Source: Octopus bimaculoides
Lineage: Eukaryota
Reading direction: 5' to 3'
Assembly (NCBI RefSeq): GCF_001194135.2
Contig: NC_069001.1
Location: forward strand, 23,455,528-23,519,527
Length of the DNA stretch: 64,000 nucleotides
In this document: positions 25,173-36,262 of the stretch, piece by piece
Layout: every line of letters starts with the position of its first letter
Numbering within the stretch: the first letter of the stretch is position 1
Translations under genes and position numbers: made by a program
Notes under the pieces: model-generated
Database searches by the model: none
Seen by the model: the letters and a program-made list of their open reading frames with translations, nothing else
Told to the model about the DNA's origin: nothing

Positions 25173-25810
25173 CCCATAACATTGAGTTAACCTCTGATGG
25201 TGTAAGTGATTGCTACTATTCTACATAATTTCTTTCTTTCATCCTCGATCGTTNNNNNNNNNNNNNNNNNNNNNNNNNNNNNNNNNNNNNNNNNNNNNNN
25301 NNNNNNNNNNNNNNNNNNNNNNNNNNNNNNNNNNNNNNNNNNNNNNNNNNNNNNNNNNNNNNNNNNNNNNNNNNNNNNNNNNNNNNNNNNNNNNNNNNNN
25401 NNNNNNNNNNNNNNNNNNNNNNNNNNNNNNNNNNNNNNNNNNNNNNNNNNNNNNNNNNNNNNNNNNNNNNNNNNNNNNNNNNNNNNNNNNNNNNNNNNNN
25501 NNNNNNNNNNNNNNNNNNNNNNNNNNNNNNNNNNNNNNNNNNNNNNNNNNNNNNNNNNNNNNNNNNNNNNNNNNNNNNNNNNNNNNNNNNNNNNNNNNNN
25601 NNNNNNNNNNNNNNNNNNNNNNNNNNNNNNNNNNNNNNNNNNNNNNNNNNNNNNNNNNNNNNNNNNNNNNNNNNNNNNNNNNNNNNNNNNNNNNNNNNNN
25701 NNNNNNNNNNNNNNNNNNNNNNNNNNNNNNNNNNNNNNNNNNNNNNNNNNNNNNNNNNNNNNNNNNNNNNNNNNNNNNNNNNNNNNNNNNNNNNNNNNNN
25801 NNNNNNNNNN

Positions 25811-25842
<32 letters not shown>

Positions 25843-25936
25843 TGTGGTGTATATATATCCACATTTTGCAAGTATTTTTTAATATTATGAGTGATTATGC
25901 AATCCTCATCATTGTAACTTATGCTTTTAAATTCAG

Positions 25937-26042
25937 GATTATCTTCCTATAGATCGTTGCATTGTACAAAATTATGGCCACAACATCATGGTTGATATAA
26001 TGAAAATAATACCATGCGGACATTTATGGACAGTTCTTTATA
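25937..26042 (+). CDS. Candidate internal exon: DYLPIDRCIVQNYGHNIMVDIMKIIPCGHLWTVLY
   Basis: Acceptor ttttaaattcAG| and donor |GTATGA bound a 106 nt open phase 0-1 frame in unique sequence. Confidence 0.4.
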
Positions 26043-26353
26043 GTATGAGTGTTATCTTCTGTGATTATGTTTTGTATGTATGTAGTGCATATGTGCGTGT
26101 ATGTCTCTTTGTATATGTATATTTGTGTATGTGTATATATGTGTGTTTGTATGTTTATATGTAAGTACATTGACATATGTATTTATATTTGTTTTTATAT
26201 TTTTAAAAATATATTCATGAGAATTATTTCAAGGAAACGAAAGCTGGATTTAATAAAGAAACAAAAATGCCATTGGTGGAATTTGAATATCAACGATAAT
26301 TGTTACATAATGAATTATAGGAAATCATGAACTGAAAATGTATCGTGGGATAT

Positions 26354-26576
26354 TCTTTTACTCTTTTCCTCTCTTACTTGTTTCAGTCATTTGACTGCAG
26401 CCATGCTGGAGCACCGCCTTTAGTCGAGCAAATCAACCCCAGGACTTATTCTTTGGAAGCCTAGTACTTATTCTATCGGACTCTTTTGCCGAACCGCTAA
26501 GTTACGGGGACGTAAACACACCACCATCGGTTGTCAAGCGATGGTGAGGGGACAAACACAGGCACACAAACACACA

Positions 26577-26615
<39 letters not shown>

Positions 26616-26746
26616 GACAGGCTTCTTTCAGTTTCTGTCTACCAAATCCACTCACAAGGCTTTGGTTGGCCCGAGGCTATAGTAGAAGACACTTGCCCAA
26701 GGTGCCACGCAGTGGGACTGAATCCGGAACTATGTGGTTGGTAAGC
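26354..26746 (-). mobile_element. SINE family A, well-preserved full-length copy
   Basis: Near-complete reverse complement of 45950-46350. Confidence 0.9.
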
Positions 26747-26889
26747 ATTGTTTTTTTTTCTTCATAAGAGGAAATCTCTGACTGATATTTCATTTTTAGT
26801 CTGGTATATTTCTTTAGTTACCTTTGTATGATAAATTTTCATCAATATCTGCGTATTAGTAGTATTTGTTCTTTTATTGATTACCTTTT

Positions 26890-27105
26890 ACATGTTTCCG
26901 TCTGTGGCCATGCTGGGGCACTGCCTTAAAGGATTTGTAGTTGACTGAATTGATCCCAGTAATCATTTTCTTTTAAGCCTAGTATTTATTCTATTGATCT
27001 CCCTTGCTGAACCGTCAAATTACAGGGACATAAACATATCAACACACATTGTCAAGCAGAAGAGGTGGGGGAGCAAATCCAGACACAGTGATACACATGC
27101 ACAAA
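26890..27105 (-). mobile_element. SINE family A 3' half, diverged
   Basis: gtggccatgctggggcactgcc...gctgaaccgtcaaattacagggacataaac. Confidence 0.7.
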
Positions 27106-27129
27106 CACACATGCATATATATATGTGTT

Positions 27130-27360
27130 ATTTCTTTACTACCCACAAGGGGCTACACACAGAGGGGACAAACAAGAACAGACAAACGGATTAAGTCGAT
27201 TATATCGACCCCAGTTCGTAACTGGTACTTATTTGATCAACCCGGAAAGAATGAAAGGCAAAGTCGACCTCGGCGGAATTTGAACTCAGAACTTAGTGGC
27301 AGACGAAATACCGCTAAGCATTTCGCCCGGCGTGCTAACATTTCTACCAGCTTGCCGCCT
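27130..27360 (-). mobile_element. tRNA-derived SINE with Nin/DeuSINE-like central domain (family D)
   Basis: Minus strand: ggcggcaagctggtagaaatgttagcacgccgggcgaaatgcttagcggtatttcg...gagttcaaattccgccgaggtcgactttgcctttcattctttccgggttgatc. The domain name is from recall. Confidence 0.75.
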
Positions 27361-27386
27361 TATGCATATATATATGTGTGTGTGTA

Positions 27387-27420
<34 letters not shown>

Positions 27421-27424
<4 letters not shown>

Positions 27425-27785
27425 AAGGGCATTATTACAGAAAAATAATAACGCCACACAGTGGACTTCTCAAAATAACCACATTTAGTACCTAATGCGA
27501 GGAAAAAACAACCAACAGAAGATTACCAACTTTCTTTTAAATAGACTTAATTGTGTATCAACCGATTACTAGAATGAATCTAGATTTCATTCATCAGCAC
27601 AATATTGTCCCAAAAATATATATAAATAAACAGAATTCTCATCTCACCAAAAGCGAACAATACCATATATAAATATAAACAAATAATTATATTCTTGGGA
27701 ATAGAAATTTCCCTCATGAATTTTTTTACACACTGGCTTCTTGATAAAATTCTTGTAAAATAGTTTTATCCTTTTTTGAATTTAC
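27421..27785. mobile_element. Penelope-like terminal repeat candidate with internal inversion and hammerhead-like motif
   Basis: 27421-27529 is the reverse complement of 42797-42905, whereas 27683-27783 is a direct copy of 42920-43018. Hammerhead-like motif at 27550-27603 (-). Confidence 0.55.
27550..27603 (-). ncRNA. Degenerate type I hammerhead-like motif
   Basis: attgtg-CTGATGA-atgaa atctaga ttcat tcta-GTAA-tc ggtt ga-TA-cacaat. Perfect 6 bp stem I, but GAAA reads GTAA. Confidence 0.45.
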
Positions 27786-27814
27786 TTATTATATATATAT
27801 ATATATATATATAA

Positions 27815-27970
27815 CAGGCTTCTTTCAGCTTCCATCAGCCAAATCCACTCACAAGGCCTTGGTTGACCCAAGACTATTATAGCACAAGACACCTGTTCAA
27901 GGTGCCATGCAGCAGGATTGAACCTGGAACCATGCGGTTGAGAAGCAAGCTTCTTATCTCACAGCCACAC
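27815..27970 (-). mobile_element. SINE family A 5' half
   Basis: caggcttctttcagcttccatcagccaaatccactcacaaggcc...gaacctggaaccatgcgg. Confidence 0.75.
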
Positions 27971-28299
27971 TGCATCAAGTTTTTAGAATTCTTTTACACC
28001 AAACTTAATCTCTCTCAGTGGAAATTGTTGTGATTAAATCCAGCTGTTTTTTAGTATTGTAAATATTTCAGACATCAATGTTTAGATCATTCACAAAGAA
28101 ATTATGGATAATAAGTTAGAGTTTTATGGTGCTGTAGATGTCAGGATAAAACCAGTTGAATTTTGTGAAAAAATGACTTAAGAATTTTCACCGAAGAAAA
28201 AGAAAAGAGTAGACAGTGTGTCACCTTAGAATATTTTCTTTGAAATATTTTGAAACATCAAAGACATTCATTCCACTTTCAGTCATATGTATTTATGTA

Positions 28300-28377
<78 letters not shown>

Positions 28378-28386
28378 TGTGTGTGT

Positions 28387-29335
28387 CATTATTCAGTTTC
28401 ATCACAAGATTTCTTGCCAATAGAGAAAGAACCGGTTTCTAACCTAGATCCAAGGCTCCTTCATTGGAATTTCAACATCAACAGCAGGGTATTTTTGTAT
28501 GTATGTATGTATGTATGTATGTATATGTGCAGATTTGTTTGATTTGTTTAATGTATAATCATGCATATACGTGCACATCTAGATATACTTAAATGATAAA
28601 CTGGGAAGTTTTACAGATTTTTACAGTTCTAGTGATAGCTTGGATCTGATCTGTAGTCTTCAAATCAGCTTTCTCCTTTCTGGTTTTGAGAAGCCTAATT
28701 TCTCAAGATTGGTATTTAGGTAGTATGTTACATATCCCAGTGCCCCAATAATTACAGGTATAAACCTGAACTTGTAATCTGGATAGAATAACTGTAGATC
28801 CCTCAATAGTTCAGCATAGGTATTTTCTTTTTCACTGATCTTCAGTTTTATGTTAACATCTGCTGGGCAGCTAATTTCCACAATTGTGCACAGTTTCTCT
28901 TCTCTATCCCAAATCATTATGTCAAGTCTGTTATGTTTACATTTTATTGAGGTTTGCACTGGACCATTCCACTAGTGCTCTTTTTTATTATGAGTTGCTA
29001 TGGCTTCCACCAAAGTGTGGGTTCTTATTTCTTTGTCCTCTGGGTTATCCTTTTGACAGATCACATTATAGAGTGTCCTAGTTACAGCATCATGTCTCAC
29101 CAGCAGATAATACCATGATGAGGTTTTTGGACAACTTCTTATGATGTGGGTGATATCTTCGGTGTTAATTCCACAAAGTCTGCATCAGTTGTCACATTTT
29201 ACTGCTTTTCCTGTATCGCTATCCCATTTGTGCATCAGATATTTGGTCGATGTTTCCTGTTCTGGAATTGCAAACGCTTACACTTCAAAGTGGGAGGTAG
29301 TAATCCAGCTATTCGTCTATGATAAATATGATAAG
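28387..29335 (-). mobile_element. 5'-truncated R4/Dong-like non-LTR retrotransposon (CCHC knuckle, restriction-like endonuclease, 3' UTR)
   Basis: CRLCGINTEDITHIIRSC..RHDAVTRTLY and HNRLDIMIWDREEKLCTIVEISCPAD...FIPVIIGALG. The 3' end runs into (CA)n. Confidence 0.85.
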
Positions 29336-29639
29336 GTAGGTAGGTAGGTATTGATGGATACATGCATCCATTCGTTCATTCATGTTTTTAACTAAGTGAC
29401 AGTGGTAGTTATGTAGATGAATAGGATGATAAAAATATCATTCTTACAGGATGTCATTGTTGCTTAATCCCAGGTCATCTTTGAGTATGTTCACTGCCTC
29501 TTTGACTGCCTCCTAGATAATTGGAGTATCTTCAAGTTCTCTGTTTCACTGGGCCTTAGAAATGCTTGGTGATGCCCATCTCCCCTTCAAGCATTTAATC
29601 TCTCATTATGTTTAGCCTGCTAGCAGGAGCAGTTACCAA

Positions 29640-30180
29640 GGATGGCCGAGAATGCTCTTGGTGGAAAAAGTGAGAGTCAGATGTGAATCAGTGTACCCAT
29701 CCATCCCAAAGGATGTTGTTGCTGGAAAACAAAGTATTCTCTCCACCAGAACAAGATGCAACACTATGAGTAGGAAGGTTAGTCAGAAAATGAGGGAAGC
29801 AAAGCAGAAAGGAATAGCAGACCAGTATAAAACCATTGAAGCTGGGATAAAGAAGGGCAACAGCAAAGTTGCTTATGGAACCCTCAAATTCCTAACAGAA
29901 ACAAAGAAACACACCACCACTATCATTGAAAGAAAAGCAGGCCTGCACCTCACAGATTAGACAGATGTCATAAAAAGACAATCTGAGTATTGCAAAGATC
30001 TTTACAATCTCAAACTCAGACATGACACCAACATCCTGGACCACTTCAACAACAGCAAAAGAAGAAAACTTGGAGGGACACCAATTCTCCAAGAGAAAGC
30101 TGCAGAGGCATTGTGCATGCTCAAAGATGGAAAATCCCCTAGAGGGGACAGAGAAAATCCTGGTCTGGCATCAAGGACTG
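29640..30180 (+). mobile_element. RTE-clade LINE ORF fragment; an opposite-strand RTE scrap lies at about 29450-29580
   Basis: MREAKQKGIADQYKTIEAGIKKGNSKVAY...VIKRQSEYCKDLYN...AEALCMLKDGKSP. Confidence 0.75.
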
Positions 30181-32361
30181 AAGAGAGATCAGTGGCAATG
30201 TTTGACTGCAAAAACATCTAGAGTGGCACTGCAACAGTCGGCTGTATCAGTTAAGGGAACTCGATGAGAATGATAAAGAGTGGATATAGCATTCAAAATC
30301 CAGAGTAAATCAATCAAAAATGCTATATCATGTTCACATGTTCAATAGAATTTAATCATATACTTTTTGGACTGTGTGTGTGTGTGTGTGTTTATGTGTG
30401 CATGGAGAAAAGAAGCGCATTCTCATGCAGGAGAGAATATAGGAGAGTTGGTTTAGTGGGGCTGAAAATGCACCCGAGTCTTAAAATGTGTTGTAACAGA
30501 TTTATTAAAATAGCAAACTGGTTTCAACTATATTTGTTTTATGATGGTAAATAAAAAAAAGTCAAAGAGAAAATAAAGGTACAAGAAAAGATTCAGAAAA
30601 ACAAGCTTTAACCCTTTGGCATTCAGATTTTTCTATCAAATTAATACTTAGTAATCCACATTAACTTAAATTAATCATGAATTATATTGCAGCTTTGAGA
30701 ATTGGATGGTGTGATTGTTTATTTTTAGAATAATATTGTAGCATAGGTGTGAGAGGCCAGATCTGGTTAGTTTAAACATAAAGCAAGAAGAATATTTAGG
30801 CTAGATATGGCTGATTTACATGCTAAAGGGTTAAAAGATCAATTGTTCACTCAAATTCCAATATTCAATAAGTTTCAGAGAGATAGACAGTTATGCAAGT
30901 TCAAATGTTTAATGAATTTCATAACAGTCATTCATGATTGAAAGTTCAGTAACTTCATCATGTTTAATTGTTAATATCACTCAATATTCATTTCCTTTGA
31001 ATACCATTTTTGTCTCCAACACCACAGGCCCTTGCCAGAATGTTGGAACTCTGAAATCTCTTCCTTCCTCCAAATTCATTCCCTTGTTCACTCATAAAAT
31101 GTCGAGGGGAAAGATAATGCTGTCAGTCTCATGTGTCCACGAGGGCTTGCAAATGCCATGGGGCTGAAAGTAAAGTAAAAGCTGTACACATGCATACACT
31201 CACACAAATATGCATACATATACATATCCATGCCACATGTATTTATGTATACACATGCTCACACGTGTGTATATATATATATATATATATATATNNNNNN
31301 NNNNNNNNNNNNNNNNNNNNNNNNNNNNNNNNNNNNNNNNNNNNNNNNNNNNNNNNNNNNNNNNNNNNNNNNNNNNNNNNNNNNNNNNNNNNNNNNNNNN
31401 NNNNNNNNNNNNNNNNNNNNNNNNNNNNNNNNNNNNNNNNNNNNNNNNNNNNNNNNNNNNNNNNNNNNNNNNNNNNNNNNNNNNNNNNNNNNNNNNNNNN
31501 NNNNNNNNNNNNNNNNNNNNNNNNNNNNNNNNNNNNNNNNNNNNNNNNNNNNNNNNNNNNNNNNNNNNNNNNNNNNNNNNNNNNNNNNNNNNNNNNNNNN
31601 NNNNNNNNNNNNNNNNNNNNNNNNNNNNNNNNNNNNNNNNNNNNNNNNNNNNNNNNNNNNNNNNNNNNNNNNNNNNNNNNNNNNNNNNNNNNNNNNNNNN
31701 NNNNNNNNNNNNNNNNNNNNNNNNNNNNNNNNNNNNNNNNNNNNNNNNNNNNNNNNNNNNNNNNNNNNNNNNNNNNNNNNNNNNNNNNNNNNNNNNNNNN
31801 NNNNNNNNNNNNNNNNACGTTAAACGATGATGATGATGATGATGATGATGATATATATAAATAAATGGAGTTAAATGCAGGTGTTATTCAAATTCTTTTA
31901 CTTTCAACACATGTTTTGAAGATATCACTGGTATTATTCCAAAGGAATAAAATGGTGTAAAACAATGTAATCTTGTCTTCAGGGAAATGAAGAAATGAAA
32001 CTCGTGAATAAGACATTTTAACAGAAAATGATGGATATGTATAGTGATTAACTGAATGCTATTAAGTTTGTTTCAAAAACACGTTAGAGGATATAATGTC
32101 AAAGGTAGGCTATAGAAAAGGGAGGGGTAAAGGAAAGAAAAAACCAAATAAATGAGAAGTATATAACAATATGTAAATTAAATAAAACCATATAGACTTG
32201 GAAAAAGATATATCTAGTGAATGTGAAATGTAAGAAGAAAATTAATGTTTAAATTATATATAATGATAGATATCACTTATATAAACTAAAGGTGTGTTTC
32301 TACCAATGTTTACATCAGTAAACCGTGTTTACAAGGGGATTTTTAGAAAAAAGATCAGAGA

Positions 32362-32398
<37 letters not shown>

Positions 32399-32620
32399 GT
32401 ATATACAAATATATAAGTATACAGACATATACAAAAAAATCCTGTGAAATCTATGAAGGTAGAGTTGGTAGATCCAGTGGTAATCCATGTGGAGTGCTAT
32501 TATGTGGATGAGGAGAGGTGCTGAAAGTTCAGGAAGTGGTTCAGATAGGCAAGTCTAAAGAGTAGGAAGTTGAGTCAGGATCAAAACTGGGGTAACCATG
32601 TGAGTGTATAATGTATCATT

Positions 32621-33001
32621 AAAATTTATAGAAGAATAAAAGATGAAGACAAGCAAAGAAGCAAGTGTATTGGTTTGACACTTGGGGAAAAATGAAAAAG
32701 TCTTTTGTTTCCTGCCTACACTCTTCAACAGAAAGGAATAAGAGGAAATATACAAGGAGAATGAAAAAAAACTTGTAGACTTCAGTGGTCAAGCATGGTG
32801 AATCATGTTCATTTGCCATGCTGGAGTGCTGAAATCTACAAATTTTTTTCATTCTCTCTCTGTATATTTTCACTTATTCCTTTCTGTTGAAGAGTGTAGG
32901 CAGGAAACATAAAAGACTTTTTCATTTTTCCTGATCATCAAACTAATATACTTGCTTGTTGTCTGTACACCTGTCTTCGTCTTTTGTTTTTCTATAAGTT
33001 T
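32621..33001. mobile_element. About 380 bp fold-back MITE
   Basis: aaaaatgaaaaagtcttttgtttcctgcctacactcttcaacagaaaggaataag pairs with cttattcctttctgttgaagagtgtaggcaggaaacataaaagactttttcatttttc. The centre is near 32800. Confidence 0.85.
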
Positions 33002-33019
33002 CAACTATTCATACATATA

Positions 33020-33895
33020 CAGGCATAACTCGACTTACTTCACTTTGATTTAAGTCATTCTTGATTATACCTAGATTTTTAAAAATAATATATGGGAAAA
33101 TAAAAATCAAGTTGTCATTTTATTCGACTTTACATCTGTTCGTCACAAATGTTGGAATCATAAAATCACTAGAAAACTGTTAAAAGCACATAAAATCATG
33201 TTACTGTACAATAAATAAGAATAAAAGCATATAAAATGATATGAAAATACGTACAGTAAATGTTAAGATACACACCATAAAGTAGTGTAGCTTAGTGAAT
33301 GAAATCATGATTTCTTTCACTTAGCTACACTACTTTATGGTGTCTTATTTATCAGTCTTCCAGAGCTCATATTGCACTGTAGTTCCAGTATCTACTGTTA
33401 GGTGTCGTTGTCACTTCTGATTCCCATGACTGTTTTGAATTCAGATTTGTTTATGTCTCTTTATGAGTTTCTTTTTCATTCTCATTCATTTGTGACTTTA
33501 TTTTTTGCCCTCATGGCTCTTAAGAACATTCATAGTGAAAGTGCTAAGTGTCGTGCTATAATGCTGGAAGATAAGCTGGCTGTGATAAAATGCCATGGAA
33601 AAGGTGAAAAATTGGTAGCAATTGCACAATCTTTTGGGATGAGTTGGACATCTGTATCAATGATTGTACATCACAAGGAGAAGATTTTAACACACATGGT
33701 TTTTATTAACCATGTATTAATGAAAATGCATTCATAAATAAAGTACAGAACTGGGAATGGTTATTATTGTTTAGCCTAGATATAAGTAAATTCGACCTTG
33801 CCTAGCCTAGAGACAAGTTAATTTGGCTTAAGCCATTTTTTGACTTAAGTCATGTCTCCTGAAACCAATTAACAACGTAGGGTGAGGTATGCCTT
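33020..33895 (+). mobile_element. Internally deleted Tigger/pogo DNA transposon with CENP-B-type HTH remnant
   Basis: TA-flanked TIRs caggcataactcg.../...ggtgaggtatgcct, and RAIMLEDKLAVIKCHGKGEKLVAIAQSFGMSWTSVSMIVHHKEKI. Confidence 0.8.
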
Positions 33896-33957
33896 ATATA
33901 CATACACACTATATTTGTATATATATATTCAGTATTTATAAATATAAATATATACAC

Positions 33958-34115
33958 AGAAGCAGGTGTAGCTGTGTGGTAAGAAGTTTACTTCCCAACC
34001 ATGTGGTCTCTAGTTCACTGCATGGCACCTTGGGCAAGTGCCTTCTACCATAGCCTTGGACCAACTAAGGCTTGAGAGTGGATTTGGTAGACAGAAACTG
34101 AAAGAAGCCCATTGT
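33958..34115 (+). mobile_element. SINE family A 5' half
   Basis: gcaggtgtagctgtgtggtaagaagtttacttcccaaccatgtgg...ggatttggtagacagaaactgaaagaagccc. Confidence 0.8.
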
Positions 34116-34514
34116 GTGTGTGTGTGAGTGTATAAAATGATGCAAAAAAGGAAACATAAAAGTGCAACATAGACTTCCAACCTGTCCAGGATGACAACAA
34201 TTTGAATAAGAACCCTTCTAACCCTTAATGACCCCATTTGATCAATAACAGTATGGGTAGTGGATGTTAAATAATGATGATGATGTCTCTGCCACCACCC
34301 ACTCCCCTGTTACAAACACTGATGTTAATGATATTTCTTTTTTAATTAATTGGCAAGGTTAATTTTGCTATTAATCCTTTCAGAGTAAAAAAAAACAAAA
34401 AGAAAAAACAAAAAAACCCCCCGAAAAATATTTAAAATCTTGACGGGTTTACTTGGATTGTCAGTGTTGGATGAGTTGCCTTCAATAATGTATTCTTGCT
34501 GTTCTTGTTTGCAG

Positions 34515-34682
34515 ATTGATTTCAGTTTCCATTTGCTATCACTAGCCTCCTTCACTGCCAGGAAACAAGCACTTCAGAATCCAGCAAAAAGTGATAAATT
34601 GCTAAAATTAGTCTGGGAAATGCATCGATTGGAGCAATATCATGATTCCATCTCTATGCAATTAATGCACACTTGTGCTCAA
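34515..34682 (+). CDS. Candidate internal exon: IDFSFHLLSLASFTARKQALQNPAKSDKLLKLVWEMHRLEQYHDSISMQLMHTCAQ
   Basis: Strong pyrimidine-rich acceptor tcttgctgttcttgtttgcAG|, a 168 nt open phase 0-0 frame and a weaker donor |GTACGA. A minus-strand frame overlapping it is also open. Confidence 0.4.
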
Positions 34683-35283
34683 GTACGATAAACAGTTGGA
34701 TAGAAAAGAATATTGAATATCTAATTAGTCAGACAAAAGGTCAGGGCCTCCTACAGATTTAGGGTTACTGGAGGTAATTTGCAATATCTGTGTTTTGGTT
34801 TTTTTTTTGTGTAATTTTGTAATTTTGAATTTTCTGGTTATTTCAATGACAAATTTCAGTTCAAGATTTCATACAGAAATATATCTACAAGGGGGTGCTG
34901 AAAAGTTCTTTGCTTTGGGTAAAAGAAAACACGAGGATTTTTCCAACCATCATCTGTTACCAAACAAGGTAATATTTCCCATGACCAGACATGTTTTTAC
35001 TTAATACTGGTAATAAAATGACTATGCTTGCATGACATAGACACTCATTTACAACTACTACATTATATCAAGGCAAGGACACAATGACAAATACACACAC
35101 ACACACACAGAGGCTTCTTTCAGTTTCCATCTACCAAATACACTAGTAAGTCAGTTAGGTAGGTGTTATAATAGAAGTGACTTGCCCTAGGTATCACACA
35201 ATGGAAATAAACTGAAAACAATATGGTTAGGAAATGAACTTCTTAACCACATGGCCATATATATATATATATATATATGTATG

Positions 35284-35418
35284 TATAAACAAAATTAAGG
35301 GATCAGCAACAGGTTGCTTCACCACATACCGAAGTTCAGAAATAGCAGCTAAAAATGCTGAAACTCCAACAGATAGCAGGTGAAGCAACCTGTTGCTGAT
35401 CCCTTAATTTTGTTTATA
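35284..35418. mobile_element. 135 bp MITE with perfect 40 bp terminal inverted repeats
   Basis: tataaacaaaattaagggatcagcaacaggttgcttcacc (35284-35323) and its exact reverse complement (35379-35418). Confidence 0.85.
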
Positions 35419-35542
35419 AATGTATAAGAACTTTTAAATAAGTTCCACACCGATAATGGTGCTTACATACCGAAGGGCTTGGTAAAAATTATTAATTATT
35501 AATTTATTAATAAATTGATAATCCTTTACCCTTTTAATTGTA

Positions 35543-35589
<47 letters not shown>

Positions 35590-36086
35590 NNNNNNNNNNN
35601 NNNNNNNNNNNNNNNNNNNNNNNNNNNNNNNNNNNNNNNNNNNNNNNNNNNNNNNNNNNNNNNNNNNNNNNNNNNNNNNNNNNNNNNNNNNNNNNNNNNN
35701 NNNNNNNNNNNNNNNNNNNNNNNNNNNNNNNNNNNNNNNNNNNNNNNNNNNNNNNNNNNNNNNNNNNNNNNNNNNNNNNNNNNNNNNNNNNNNNNNNNNN
35801 NNNNNNNNNNNNNNNNNNNNNNNNNNNNNNNNNNNNNNNNNNNNNNNNNNNNNNNNNNNNNNNNNNNNNNNNNNNNNNNNNNNNNNNNNNNNNNNNNNNN
35901 NNNNNNNNNNNNNNNNNNNNNNNNNNNNNNNNNNNNNNNNNNNNNNNNNNNNNNNNNNNNNNNNNNNNNNNNNNNNNNNNNNNNNNNNNNNNNNNNNNNN
36001 NNNNNNNNNNNNNNNNNNNNNNNNNNNNNNNNNNNNNNNNNNNNNNNNNNNNNNNNNNNNNNNNNNNNNNNNNNNNNNNNNNNNNN

Positions 36087-36136
<50 letters not shown>

Positions 36137-36262
36137 CCTACAATGCATTGAATGATTGTTTGAAAATAGATGGCATACTGTTCAAGCTTCCTAAATTTTG
36201 TGTTTACAGTGGTGTGAAACTAATAGTAGTTTGAATTAAAATCCTGTGTATCTTAAATGATA

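Noticed and set aside
28418-28470. Hammerhead-like look of the R4 3' UTR on the minus strand (...tgaagga...gaaaccggtt)
   Set aside because: It lacks the CUGA core; the pairing is better explained as a simple 3' UTR stem-loop.
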